Below are positions 31,727-42,643 of a stretch of 64,000 bases of DNA, piece by piece. The position numbers were made by a program, and so were the translations under genes. The DNA is taken from positions 256,001 to 320,000 of the forward strand of contig CBDCJO010000001.1 in the NCBI GenBank assembly GCA_965217865.1, read 5' to 3'. Within the stretch, counting starts at the first letter, position 1. The number at the start of each line of letters is the position of its first letter. The DNA comes from Candidatus Latescibacterota bacterium (lineage in GTDB: Bacteria; Latescibacterota; UBA2968; SICM01). Under the pieces are notes generated by a model, which worked only from the letters and a program-made list of their open reading frames with translations, did no database searches and had not been told where the DNA came from.

Positions 31727-32413
31727 ATGATCGAAACCATGCTCTTGACCGGTGCGAACAACCACGACTGGAAACGCTCCGCCCCTTTCTTCAAGAAACT
31801 CCTTGAGGACACTGGACGCTTCCGCGTGGATCTGACGAAAGATCCGTCTGGTTCGCTTGGGGATCGCTCCGCCCTCGGGCGCTATGGCCTCTTCTTCCTC
31901 GACTACAACGGCGAGTCCTGGTCCGATGACGCCCGCACCAATTTTATAGAAGCCGTGCGGGAAGGGACCGGGGTCACCATCCTGCACGCATCGGACAATG
32001 CCTTCCCGGGATGGGTTGCCTACGAAGAGATGTGCGGCGTGTGCTGGCGCGAGGGCTCCGCACACGGACGGTTCCACGAATTCGACGTCAAAATCATCGA
32101 TCCCGATCACCCCGTCACCCGGGATCTTCCCGACCTCAAAGACCATCCCGATGAGCTCTACCACAACCTGCACCCCCAGCACGGCGCTCCTTATCACATT
32201 CTTGCAACCGCCTACTCCGATCCCGCAACTGGGGGATCCGGGAAGGACGAACCGATGATCATCGTAAAGACACTCGGTCAGGGACGCATCTTCCACGATA
32301 TCCTGGGACACGTCTGGGAAGGGGGCGACATGTCCGCGCTTGAAGATCCGCAATTCCAGAACCTGTTGATTCGGGGATGTGAGTGGGCGGCGACAGGAGA
32401 AGTCACCGGGTAG
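31727..32413 (+). CDS. ThuA-like domain protein
   Basis: LTGANNHDW, GVTILH, HPVT, DELY, GQGRIFH..LGH, RGCEWAA. Confidence 0.85.
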   Translation: MIETMLLTGANNHDWKRSAPFFKKLLEDTGRFRVDLTKDPSGSLGDRSALGRYGLFFLDYNGESWSDDARTNFIEAVREGTGVTILHASDNAFPGWVAYEEMCGVCWREGSAHGRFHEFDVKIIDPDHPVTRDLPDLKDHPDELYHNLHPQHGAPYHILATAYSDPATGGSGKDEPMIIVKTLGQGRIFHDILGHVWEGGDMSALEDPQFQNLLIRGCEWAATGEVTG

Positions 32414-32442
32414 TGAATCAGAAAACGAGGAAAGGAACTGTC

Positions 32443-35112
32443 ATGTCAGAGGATACCAAACGGATCAAACTGACCGTCGAGAACGCAGGCGGGGTCGATC
32501 GGACCGCCTGGCCGATCACACAGGGCGTGCCGTTTGCGGATGAAAACCTGAAAAAGGGGGGCCCCGTGAGGATCGTGGACGGAGACGGTCGGACCCTTCC
32601 CACACAGTCCACCTGCCTGGCGACCTGGAACCGCAACCTGAAATATGTGAAGTGGCTCCTGGTGGACTTCCAGGCCGACCTCAAGGCCGACACGACCGAA
32701 ACGCTCTTCCTCGAGTATGGTCCCGGCGTCGAGGAAGCCACCCCGGAACAGGGCGTCACGATATCGCAGGACGACAACCGCCTCCGGGTGGACACCGGAG
32801 CAATCCGCCTGGATTTCCGGAGGGCGTCGGGTTTCCGCAGATCGATCCCCTCGATTCAGGCAACCCGAGACTTCCTATCCGGCTGCTGGATCAAGACCGA
32901 AGAGGGATGGCACGACGTATTTCAGGGAAAGCCGGGGCCGTACCTTTATATGGTGGACGTGACAGGCAAAATCTACGATTCCTGTACTACCGCGCCGCCG
33001 CCCCGGGTGACCGTGGAAGACGCGGGCCCGATGCGCGTGTCGGTCTGCGTCAAAGGCCATCACGCCTCGTCCGACGGGGTCCGCCTCTGCCCCTACACCC
33101 TGCGCATCCACGCCTACGCGGGCAAAAGCGATCTCCGTTTCTTCCACACCTTCGTTTTCGACCAGAACCCGGAAGAGGTCGCGTTCTCCGAGGTCGGGAT
33201 GTTCTTCCCCCTGGACATCGGGGACAATCTTCGCATGGCCTTCGGGGGCCAGGAGAAAGCCCACTGGGCGACCCGATGGGAACACGGCCAGTTTTTCCAG
33301 TCCTCGGACCTGTCCTATCACGTATCTCGGGATCAGGAGCCCTACGGAGAGGGAGAAAAGACCCGGGGCTGGGCAAGCCTGTGCGGAAGCAGGGGATCCG
33401 CCTTCGTCGCGATCCGCGACTTCTGGCAGCAGTATCCGAAAGGATACGAGCTGACGCCCGAGGGGATCGACATCCAGCTCTGGCCCGGGGCCTACGATGA
33501 GCCCCTCGTCTTATCCACCCCCTGGCAGGAGTGCGAGGTCTTTTTCAGTGGACAATTCGGCGATCTGGCCGCCACGTGCAGAACCCGGGACGAAGCCGCG
33601 GTGAAGCAGCTGATCGAAGCCAATCCCACCGCCCCCCTCAACCTGAAAAGCTTTGACGTGCATAACCTCGACGACGTGCGATGGGTCGAGGAAATGGTGG
33701 AAAAGTACGCCCCGGACCGAACCGCTTCGCACAACGACACCGGGCTGAACGACGGCTCGGGCGCGGGCAAGACCCACGAGTTCGTCGTGCGCTTCTCTCC
33801 CGAACCGATCGACGATACGGAGGCCGAGACGCTCGGCATCTGCGTGCAGGAGCCCGTGATCGCGCCGGCCGATCCCGCCTACATGTACGGCACACACGCG
33901 GCGCGCGACGTCTTCGGAGGTCCCGATCCGCGATTCGAGGAATTGGACACGCTGATGGACGGCGTGACCGAGCGCGTGGCCATCGAGCCGATGCACCTTG
34001 GGAGGGCGTGGGGATTCTGGCGCTTCGGGAACATGTGCTGCTCCCACTCGGCCAGTCCCGGACTGGCCTGGCTCCTCCACTACCACACCGATCCGGTCAA
34101 AGGGCTCCGGTATGTGGGCCACTACAACAACGAAGCCGACAACCCCTGCTGGGGGCTCTGGACCCAGTTTTTGAGGACCGGTAACCGCCGATTCTTCATG
34201 GCCGCAAGCGGACACAGCCGGGCCATGGGCGAAGTCGGCATCTGCCACGCCCACTCGTGGAACCCGGAGGCCGTGGGCGTGATGCACTACCACAACGCGC
34301 ATCAGTGGACCGGTTCCTACAGCCCGTCCCACACCCTGAACCTGGCGCTGTTCCTCCACTACTACTTCACCGGGAACCGGCGCATGCGCGAGATCGCGCT
34401 GGAACCCGCGGACTGGGCCGTGCGACATCAGGAAGACGCCGGCATCATATCCTGCCGCAACGGCGTTCTCAACCGGGAGTTCACCGGCCCCCTGAACTGC
34501 GTGATCGAGGCCTACCTGGACACCTGGGCCATGAAGTACGAGGACCTTGCCCGACGGAGTCTCAACTGGCTCCTCCGCGCACAGGAAAGTCCCGGCGTAT
34601 GGCCGAGGAGCGTCTTCACCCGCGGAGACCGGGGGGACGAGCTTCACATCGACGGCGAATATGCGCCCCTGAACCACGGCGGTATCCTTTATCCGATCTT
34701 TTACGAAGGCCTTCGACATTTCGACAGTCCACTCCTGCGTGAGACCATCATAGCCGAAGCCGACATGGGATCAACCAGCGCGTGCGCCATCGCGTATGAG
34801 CTGACAGGAGACCCGATTTACGCAGCGCGATGCAAAAAAGACGCTCTCTCCTACTGCGAGCGCGCCCGGGGGATCGTGGAGCTGGACGAAAAGTGGTGCG
34901 ATGCGTTTTTCTCCGGGATCCGCAACGGCCTTTTCTCAGTCTACAAGGCCATCGGGGCCCGAGCGGAGGACAAGGACCCGGTGGCCTTTGCCGAGGCGGA
35001 GAAGAAACTTGAAGCCCTCGAGCGTTCCCGTCCGAAGAAGGAACCCAGGACAGGTCCACGTGAGGAGCCACCGGATCGGAAAGTTGGGATTATTGATGTT
35101 CACGACAGTTAG
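32443..35112 (+). CDS. Large protein resembling exo-rhamnogalacturonan lyase (PL26/YetA-like)
   Basis: WPITQGVPF, LATW, VKWLL, RDFWQQYPK, GAGKTHE, G.WRFG, NNE...W.QFLRTG. Confidence 0.7.
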   Translation: MSEDTKRIKLTVENAGGVDRTAWPITQGVPFADENLKKGGPVRIVDGDGRTLPTQSTCLATWNRNLKYVKWLLVDFQADLKADTTETLFLEYGPGVEEATPEQGVTISQDDNRLRVDTGAIRLDFRRASGFRRSIPSIQATRDFLSGCWIKTEEGWHDVFQGKPGPYLYMVDVTGKIYDSCTTAPPPRVTVEDAGPMRVSVCVKGHHASSDGVRLCPYTLRIHAYAGKSDLRFFHTFVFDQNPEEVAFSEVGMFFPLDIGDNLRMAFGGQEKAHWATRWEHGQFFQSSDLSYHVSRDQEPYGEGEKTRGWASLCGSRGSAFVAIRDFWQQYPKGYELTPEGIDIQLWPGAYDEPLVLSTPWQECEVFFSGQFGDLAATCRTRDEAAVKQLIEANPTAPLNLKSFDVHNLDDVRWVEEMVEKYAPDRTASHNDTGLNDGSGAGKTHEFVVRFSPEPIDDTEAETLGICVQEPVIAPADPAYMYGTHAARDVFGGPDPRFEELDTLMDGVTERVAIEPMHLGRAWGFWRFGNMCCSHSASPGLAWLLHYHTDPVKGLRYVGHYNNEADNPCWGLWTQFLRTGNRRFFMAASGHSRAMGEVGICHAHSWNPEAVGVMHYHNAHQWTGSYSPSHTLNLALFLHYYFTGNRRMREIALEPADWAVRHQEDAGIISCRNGVLNREFTGPLNCVIEAYLDTWAMKYEDLARRSLNWLLRAQESPGVWPRSVFTRGDRGDELHIDGEYAPLNHGGILYPIFYEGLRHFDSPLLRETIIAEADMGSTSACAIAYELTGDPIYAARCKKDALSYCERARGIVELDEKWCDAFFSGIRNGLFSVYKAIGARAEDKDPVAFAEAEKKLEALERSRPKKEPRTGPREEPPDRKVGIIDVHDS

Positions 35113-35132
35113 ACTCTATAACCTGTTTTAAG

Positions 35133-35161
35133 TTGACACCTTTCCCGAGGTGTCTTATATT
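35133..35161 (+). promoter_or_regulatory. sigma70-like promoter of the tRNA-Ser pair
   Basis: TTGACA-17 bp-TATATT. Confidence 0.75.
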
Positions 35162-35173
35162 TTTCTCAGTCCA

Positions 35174-35260
35174 GGAGGGCTAGTCCTAATTGGTAAGGCA
35201 TCGGCCTTGAAAGCCGACGGGCGCAAGCCCTTGTGGGTTCGAGTCCCTCGCCCTCCGCCA
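35174..35260 (+). tRNA. tRNA-Ser(TGA)
   Basis: GGAGGGC acceptor stem; anticodon arm TCGGC-CT-TGA-AA-GCCGA; long variable arm; G73 and CCA. Confidence 0.95.
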
Positions 35261-35333
35261 AAAAAAGTCACGAGCCACGGGTCTCGGCTTCGGACTCTGG
35301 ATACGTGACCCTGGACACGCGGCTTATCTACTT

Positions 35334-35424
<91 letters not shown>

Positions 35425-35575
35425 ATAATTTATATAAGTTGTTTATAAATAAAACATTATATACAAAAAATAAATCTATTCCCCCCATTTTTACCTCCAT
35501 TATTGAACGGAATGAACGGGACCATACTGGACTTTCCTGGTTGAAGCCACGGACCAAACAAGATAGCACATCCCC

Positions 35576-35660
35576 ATGGCTCTGCTCGCATTCGACACCC
35601 TCATGGCAGCGAAGCCCTCAGGGAAGCAGGGTTCGAGGAAGCCCAGTCGAAGCCATCGGT
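35576..35660 (+). pseudogene. DUF1640/CCDC90-like N-terminal relic
   Basis: With frameshifts reads MALLAFDTLMAAK.LREAGFEEAQ.EAI. Confidence 0.5.
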
Positions 35661-35661
35661 C

Positions 35662-35806
35662 GTCCGGGTAGATAGGGCACTCAAAGACCAACTCGGCATC
35701 GCCGATGGTTTCGCCCCGCGGAGAACGTTTATGTGTTTGATCCGTGTTGCGCCAGTGGGGCCTATCTGGTCGAGGTGCTACGCCGCATCGCCGCCAATCT
35801 CGAAGG
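35662..35806 (+). pseudogene. N6-adenine methyltransferase relic (type ISP/IIG-like)
   Basis: VDRALKDQLGIADGFA/AENVYVFDPCCASGAYLVEVLRRIAANL (degenerate motif I). Confidence 0.65.
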
Positions 35807-35986
35807 CCTCGCTCTCGAATCGTGGCGGTCGTTTATCCTCGAACGGCTAACAATTCACCTAATGCGCCCGTTTGGCTCTCTCTTCCATCCGCCGACGAAA
35901 CCTATCTATGGCAATAATATACTTGACTCAGTGGTCGAGGGTGCCTACGATGGTGCTGCGTAGTGACCGCCACGGAGGTGCGCCGA

Positions 35987-37660
35987 ATGGGGATCATCCA
36001 AGTCCAGCACATTAAGGCTGCGTGTAAGCAGCGGTTTTATGAGATTGTCGACACAACAGACCTTCCACTAACGATGTCGCCAGAAGATAGGGCCGACAAC
36101 ATCCTGTCCCGCTCCCTTGCAGCATTTGTCGTTGCTGAGTTGTCTAGATGCGATGACAGGATTGCTGCTAATGCCGTTGTTGATGAGTTTCAAGACGACG
36201 GTATAGACGCGTTTCATTACGACAGAGAAGAGCATGTGTGCTATCTCGTCCAATCCAAATGGCGCAAGAACGGCTCTGGCGGCGTCGATGTGGGGGCGGT
36301 CCTTAAGTTTATTCAGGGGATCAATCACCTTCTGGAGGCAAAGGTCGAGAGTCTTGGTCCTAAGCTACAAGCTAAGAATTCTGATATTAGTGATGCGCTC
36401 GGGGACTCTCTCGCGAGATTCGTCCTTTGCATCGCATGTACAGGGCAACAGAAACTCTCACCGGAAACTCAAAAGCCTCTAAGGCAACTCCTAACAGAGT
36501 TGAACGAAGATGACGAACTGGTCACTCTTCGTGTCCTCCTACAGAAGGACCTGCATGACATAGTCGCTCATCATGCCGTCGGCGAGTCAGTAGACCTAAC
36601 GGTAATGCTGCATGAGTATGGGGTCGTCAAGACACCATATCGGGCGTTCTACGGACAGCTCGAAGTTAGAGACATCTCGGAATGGGCAAGCTATGGCGAC
36701 CACCTTTACCATCGGAACATTCGTGGATTCAAAGGCAGCACGGATGTGAATGCCGCAATCGTCGACACGCTTCACAACAGGCCCGATAACTTTTGGTATT
36801 TCAACAACGGAATCACCATCCTCTGCTCCCAGCTCACCAAACAGCCAATCGGTGGCAAGTCTAAAGACAGTGGTGTGTTTGAGTGCAAAGGGGCAAGCAT
36901 CGTCAACGGTGCGCAGACGGTTGGAAGCGTAATCGCGGCCTTGAACGATGAGGTGCCAGTTGAACACGCAAGGGTAGTGGTCCGCCTGATATCTCTTGAA
37001 AATTGTCCAGATGGATTCGGCTCTGAATTAACTCGGGCCACCAATACTCAGAACCGAATCGAAAAGCGGGACTTTGCCGCTCTCGATCCGAATCAACCCC
37101 GCCTACGCACAGAGCTACTGCTCTCCTTCAACAAAGAGTACGCCTATAAGACTGGAGAGGCCCAACCAAGTTCAGATGCTGGTTGCACCCTAGATGAGGC
37201 CTCGGTGGCTCTTGCATGCGCCTACGATGATGTGAGTTATTGTGTTCAAGCTAAACGCGAAATCGGGCGACTATACGACAACATCAAGCAGCCGCCATAC
37301 ACGAAGCTGTTTAACAGCTCGCTCACGGCGCTAAGGCTATGGAAGTCCGTCCAGATACTTCGAATCGTGGAAAGCAAATTAAAGCAGTCTAGATCTTCAC
37401 TAGAGGGACGCGCGAAGCTCATATCTGTTCATGGTAACCGATTTGTCTTGCATCTGATTTTTAGATCGATTGGCCCAGATGTGCTCAACGATCAATCAGG
37501 CATTGACGAAGAATTGACCAAGCTGATAACTGGCGAGACCGAAACTGTTGTAGCTGCCGTCATCGATGCAGTTGGGGAGCTGTTCCATTCAAGCTATGCA
37601 GGCAGTCTTTTCAAGAACCAGACGAAGTGCAAAGCATTGCTGGCCAAGGTGACAAAGTGA
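35987..37660 (+). CDS. AIPR-family (abortive infection phage resistance) protein
   Basis: GIDA..QSKW N-terminus; NIRGFKG, FWYFNNGITILC, IVNGAQT, ATNTQN; GGAGGTG RBS. Confidence 0.92.
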   Translation: MGIIQVQHIKAACKQRFYEIVDTTDLPLTMSPEDRADNILSRSLAAFVVAELSRCDDRIAANAVVDEFQDDGIDAFHYDREEHVCYLVQSKWRKNGSGGVDVGAVLKFIQGINHLLEAKVESLGPKLQAKNSDISDALGDSLARFVLCIACTGQQKLSPETQKPLRQLLTELNEDDELVTLRVLLQKDLHDIVAHHAVGESVDLTVMLHEYGVVKTPYRAFYGQLEVRDISEWASYGDHLYHRNIRGFKGSTDVNAAIVDTLHNRPDNFWYFNNGITILCSQLTKQPIGGKSKDSGVFECKGASIVNGAQTVGSVIAALNDEVPVEHARVVVRLISLENCPDGFGSELTRATNTQNRIEKRDFAALDPNQPRLRTELLLSFNKEYAYKTGEAQPSSDAGCTLDEASVALACAYDDVSYCVQAKREIGRLYDNIKQPPYTKLFNSSLTALRLWKSVQILRIVESKLKQSRSSLEGRAKLISVHGNRFVLHLIFRSIGPDVLNDQSGIDEELTKLITGETETVVAAVIDAVGELFHSSYAGSLFKNQTKCKALLAKVTK

Positions 37661-37732
37661 AAATTGCAGATAATGGAATAACGGAGCGTGATCGGTTCGA
37701 TGCCGTAGTCGGAAAATTGCTTAGCGTGTCCT

Positions 37733-37961
37733 AGAAAAGCGACCGTGGGGGGGACAGTGGAGCGGGACAACGGAGTTGCAACAGTGGAGTGCGAAAGTCA
37801 CACGAATGGGGGGAGTTCAGGGAGTTCCTTCAAGGTGTTGTCTAATGCGGGGAGTTCCTTCAGGGTGTCGCATCAGGTCAAACGCGGGGAGGGGGAAGTC
37901 CTTCCAGAGACCATCGAGCATCTTCGCCCTCACGAGGCTTGAGTTTCGGCTTCCTTCGGCG
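37733..37961. repeat. Element left-end sequence, copy 1 (homologous to 61768-61992)
   Basis: Both copies start AGAAAAGCGACCGTGGGGG.GACAGTGGAGCGGGACA and align over about 225 bp. Confidence 0.9.
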
Positions 37962-37982
37962 AACCCTCATTTCCGGTCTCCT

Positions 37983-40555
37983 TTAGGGTCGTGATAGAAC
38001 ATCCTCGCGTGCCCGAGCTTCGGCTTCCTCGCGAGTCATTCCGCCTTCATATTGCATGATCCCCTTGCGTTCATCCAACGCCTCATCGAACGCCTCTTGA
38101 TCTTCGTCACAAGTGTTCTTTACGCTGGAATCGCTCTTGGAGGGTGTTTCAACCCGTGACACCGTGACATCCTTTTGTTTACAAGGGATTGCGCGATCTT
38201 CAACCCGTGACGCCGAACCATCCATGTCACGGGTTGAAACGCTCACAACTCCTTGTTTTTTATCACATGTCACGGGATCACGGGTTGAAGGGGGGGGTAT
38301 GTGCTCGTTCGGCTTGGGAACATCGTCCGAGTCGTCCTCCAGGTAGCTTTCCCATGCAGGGAAGAACCACCCCCACAGGTAGCCCTTTCCCCTTTCCGGC
38401 CCATCCCTAAAGTCTCCGCTATGGATCTCGTATTTATTCAAGAGTCTTCCCCGTGCTGTGGATGAAATCGGATTCCCGTTACTATAGTGCTTCCAGGGTC
38501 TTTCTTCAAGCTTGTGCAGGTATTCGTCCAGATCCTTTGAAAGAATGCGATCCGGTGGACTCTCTCCCCGATCTTTCGCCGTTTCCAGTTTGGCCTTGTA
38601 CAGGGCCCGTATGTCGGCCAGCAATAGATTCCCTATATTGTCATCCTCGGGCTGCTTCTTGCTCCGCGTCTTCATTGAGCGGACCGCATGCCGCGCCCGC
38701 TGGGGCCAATCGCCGCCCACCAGGTCGGCCACCTTCACCAGTTCACGACAGTTGTCTTCCTCCCGGTCGTTGAGGAAGGACAACTCTTCCGGATCGACAT
38801 CGGCTTGCCGAAACTCGGACATCTTCTCTTGGGCGAATCGTTCGGCTCGCTCCTTCCAGTCCTCCCCAACCGGATCCTTGGATGCCCGCCATCGTTCGAT
38901 CTTGGCATTCTTGGGCTTTCGTCGCATCCGTATCGTGATGGACCTGCTCCGGACGGTTTCAGGGATCTTGCCGATGGCGGCATACGCTTTCGATCCCCAT
39001 ACCGAGAATCGTTTTACTTCCTCCCCGTCGCCGCCTTCCCGTGGCGCTCTCAGCACGAAGGCAAACTTCCGGGTGTGACCCGCATTCAAAATACCTCTCA
39101 ACTCCTCTGACCTCTCGCTCGCCCTCCCGGTTCCGAACAAGGAGGCATCGCCCTCGTCGATCAACAGGGTCGGATCCCCGACATCGATGCTACGGAACAA
39201 CGCTGCCGGGGTGATGTTCGAGGTTGTCAGAGGGTTCTTCACCGAATCATGGAGCAGTTCGAGCGCCCGCGTTTTTCCGCATTGCTTCTCGGGACTGACG
39301 AATCCCAACAGTGGGCAACATTCGGCCCCGTCAACGAACCAGGTATGCAGCGTCCACAGGACCATCAGGACGTAATCCTCCGGATGTTCCAACCACAGGA
39401 ACCGCTTGTAGATGTTCGACAACTCGTCCGCCATGACCACGGCGTCTACCGGGTCTTGATGAACAGGCGGCGATTCGACTCGGACAGGTGCCGGCTTCGG
39501 GAAGGCTGTATCCAACTCATCCTGCAAGGCTTCCCTCTTCTTCGGAAATTCCGAAAAGGACGCATCCAGAGTCTTGGCCGACAGGGCCAGTTTCTGTTTC
39601 TTCCCGATTTTCAAGGCATCATCCCGGACGGCCAGTCTGATGTCTTCCGGTTCGTCATGGACGGCCGCCGCCAACTGCTCCAGGGTCGGGAGCAGGTCCA
39701 GCGCCGGTGTGCCTTCTTTGAAGCCCTTCAGTTGGGCCAGAACCTCCACATGAGGCATCCAGACCAGGCGCTTCTGATCCTGCAGGTAGCTCTTGATCCT
39801 CTGCACGTCCCAGCCTTCTTTTTCGATAGCATCCGCACAGTCCCACTTTGGGGGCCGGTTCGCCTCCGGCAAGATTATCGAGTATGATGCAACCCCGACC
39901 GCTTGCAGTTCTTTCAACATGCTCCACGTCACTTGAACCCCGGGATGATCCGCGTCCGGCCACAAGATCACGTGACGGCCTTCGAGGCAATGCCAATCGG
40001 TCTTTTCGACGGCTCCCGTTCCGCCCATCCAGGCGAGCACGTCCCAATCCTTATCCTTGAGTTCGCCGGCTGCCGCATCCGCGCACTTTTCGCCTTCGAC
40101 GATCAGCACCGTCCGTTCGTCGGCGATCAACGTCTCGATGCGATAAGGATAGCGATCCCCGGGCATGCCATGCACCCACTCCTTGCCATCGAGCCGGTAA
40201 GGATCGGCCTTGCGGTCGGGGTAACGATCGGGGTAACGATAGACCCGCGCGTACTCATTCCCGTCAGGGTCGCGGTAAGAGTATTCGGCCTCGAATTCCG
40301 TAGGCAGGTTGACCGGCACCAGGTCGCTTTCTTTCACGCTGACGGCCTCCGTAAGCCGCCCGATTCCAAGCAGACGGCCGCGAGAATCGCCTTGTAATCG
40401 CAGCCCGCATGACAATAGACCAGGACTTTCCCGTTGTCACACTCGCGGATAGACAGGGATGGGCTCCTGTCGTCATGCGCCGGACATTTTGCCGTCCATT
40501 TGCGCTCGCCAACCGAGCGGACGCCTCTCAGGCGGTCAAGAATCTGAAGGCTCAT
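37983..40555 (-). pseudogene. Satellite-type primase/replication protein (Zn-finger + TOPRIM + DUF3631-like), frameshifted by a 32-bp insert
   Basis: CPAHDDRSPSL...CHAGC N-terminus; VEGEKCADA and WPDAD TOPRIM; GKT, LIDE, LNAGH P-loop region; insert at 40341-40379. Confidence 0.88.
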
Positions 40556-40557
40556 GG

Positions 40558-40779
40558 TCAGGCCGTCCTCCCGGGGTTGAACACTTCGTCCGGGTTGGCT
40601 ACGGTCTGCTGTGCAATCCAGCGATCGATGTCTTCTTCCTTCCACGCCACAGCGCGCTTTCCAATGCGCATCGGTCGAGGAAACGTCCTCTCGTTCATTT
40701 TGGTGTAGATCGTGCCTCGGGAAAGACCGGTGCGGGCTTCGACCTCGGGCCGGCGTAAGAAGCGGTGGTTGATCATCAT
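40558..40779 (-). CDS. alpA: AlpA-family regulator/excisionase
   Basis: FLRRPEVEARTGLSRGTIY...FPRPMRIGKRAVAWKEEDIDRWI. Confidence 0.95.
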   Translation of the reverse strand: MMINHRFLRRPEVEARTGLSRGTIYTKMNERTFPRPMRIGKRAVAWKEEDIDRWIAQQTVANPDEVFNPGRTA

Positions 40780-40993
40780 CTCGGCTTCCTCCTGATTTAG
40801 GGGTTATGGTTTGGTGTTGATTTCTTCCAAATGAATGGAAACGGTTGCAAGAGCGCAAACGAACCCAATGGATTGATTTCGTTTTCGAGACCACCAGGCA
40901 CAAGTTGAGGGCAAAGAAAAGAGGGTAAAGCAATGGATACTTTACCCTCAAACGAAACCATCCAGATATGTCAACTGCGCCGTGGGGGGTGCC

Positions 40994-41668
40994 TCACTCG
41001 GGAAGATTCATATCGACCTGGTCGAGAAGATTCTTGATCTGTTCGCCAACCCAGGCCCGGAACCCGGTAGGGTCGCCGGAATACTTTCCTAACGCTTCTC
41101 TAAGTTTGGACAATCTGGAAGATTGCCACACCTTGCACACCGCCGCGTATTTCATGCTTCTACACTTTGCTACATAGCGGCAGGCGGAGATGCGGTCGTG
41201 GTCGCCAACTATCATCCCTTGATCATCTTTCTCCACCACAATCGTCGTGGACGTCGCGGGGATCCCATAAAGTTCCAGCTGCTTAACCTCCAACACAATG
41301 AAAATGTCACGGAAGATGTTCTTCGTGCCGTCCGCGCCGCCGTCGCCTCCTTTCTTCCGCTTCGGCGGTTTGCGTTTTCCCCACACAACATCATTTGCCC
41401 AATCCGACAACTCTACTGGAACAGGAAGGTCGTACTCCGTCAAGGTCTGATGCAGGAATTGCAAACCTTCCCATGCGATAAAATGTTCCGTAGATTCTGC
41501 GATCCACGTCCGGAGCACCAGGTCGGAATCAGGATCGTTGGAAAACCACGAACTGGTTAGCATGCCGGACGGCCACTTAGCAAAGAATTCGGAGCACCAG
41601 GTCGGAATCAGAATCGGAGTAAAACAGATGCCGGACGGATGCTGATCGAGGAATTCGGATTTATTCAT
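40994..41668 (-). CDS. Hypothetical satellite protein between int and alpA
   Basis: 224-aa ORF; homologous to the ORF at 63634 (LPVP.EL..W, KPPKRKKG, NIFRD). Confidence 0.75.
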   Translation of the reverse strand: MNKSEFLDQHPSGICFTPILIPTWCSEFFAKWPSGMLTSSWFSNDPDSDLVLRTWIAESTEHFIAWEGLQFLHQTLTEYDLPVPVELSDWANDVVWGKRKPPKRKKGGDGGADGTKNIFRDIFIVLEVKQLELYGIPATSTTIVVEKDDQGMIVGDHDRISACRYVAKCRSMKYAAVCKVWQSSRLSKLREALGKYSGDPTGFRAWVGEQIKNLLDQVDMNLPE

Positions 41669-41904
41669 TTTGTGATGCGCTTCTCTGCGAGCGGGTCGCC
41701 GCCCGAGCGGGCCAGCCTGCGGTTGTCAAAAGCCTTCTCGCGGGCTTCGGCCAGCGAGACGAGGGGAAAGCCGCTCAGACCGAGCTCGCGCCGGCGTCCG
41801 CGAATCGTCAGCCGCTGCACCCAGCAGCGCGCCCCGGTCGGCGTGACAAGCAGATAGAGCTCGTTTTCGTCGACAAAGGCTGCGCTCAGTAACTTATACT
41901 TCAC
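41665..41904 (-). pseudogene. P4-type integrase arm-binding domain fragment
   Basis: KYKLLSAAFV..LYLLVTPTGARCWVQRLTIRGRRRELGL..FPLVSLAEAREKA; close paralog of 51420-51663. Confidence 0.88.
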
Positions 41905-41980
41905 TCTGTTTTCACCAGAGAGCTTCAACCGTTTCGAGATCTCCTTGTCCGCCGCGTCAAGAGTGGTTTTCAACCATTTT

Positions 41981-42643
41981 TCATCCATGGGATCCCTCTT
42001 GCAGGTAGACCGCCCAATCGTCCATGAGCTTGCGGCGGAGGTCGAACAGGTCCGAACGCGCGTAGGCTGCTTCGGCCTTGTCCTTGATGACATGCGCCAG
42101 CGCCTCCTCCATGGCGGCGCGCGACGCGTCGGTGCATTCCGACGCCCAGTCGCGGAAACTCGACCGGAACCCGTGAGGCACCGCCGGAATGCCGAGTTCC
42201 CGCAGCAGCTTGGAAAGTGTTGCGTCTGACAGCGGTTAGCCGTATCTTGTACCGGAAAATACCAGACCGGTCCCATCCTGGGCGAGAGTCCGCGCTACAC
42301 TCAGGACTTCCAGCGCCCGCCCGGACAGCGGCACCCGCTGCAGCCGCTTCGCCTTCATGCGCTGACCGGGGATGGTCCACTGGCGGGCTTCCAGGTCGAT
42401 TTCATCCCACTGGGCCAAGCGAACCTCGCCCGAACGGCACGCCGTCAGCACCAGGAACTCGAAGGCCAGCTTCGCGGTCATGGAAGCTTCCGAAGCCCGC
42501 ACCGCCTCTATCGCGTCTGCAACCTGGCTGTGGGGAAGCGCCCGCTGGTGACACTTGATGCCGGCATGCCGGGGCAGGGCCGCGCCTATCGCGTCGCCGG
42601 CGGGGTTGTCTTGCCGCAAGCCTTGCGCCACGGCCCACTTCAT
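41981..42643 (-). pseudogene. P4-type tyrosine integrase catalytic half, frameshifted and 5'-truncated
   Basis: LTACRSGE, MKAK, HGFRSSFRDW, ALAH, AAYARSDL. Confidence 0.92.

Noticed and set aside
35174-35260. tRNA-Sec or suppressor tRNA
   Set aside because: Anticodon is TGA (reads UCA, Ser) with a normal 7-bp acceptor stem
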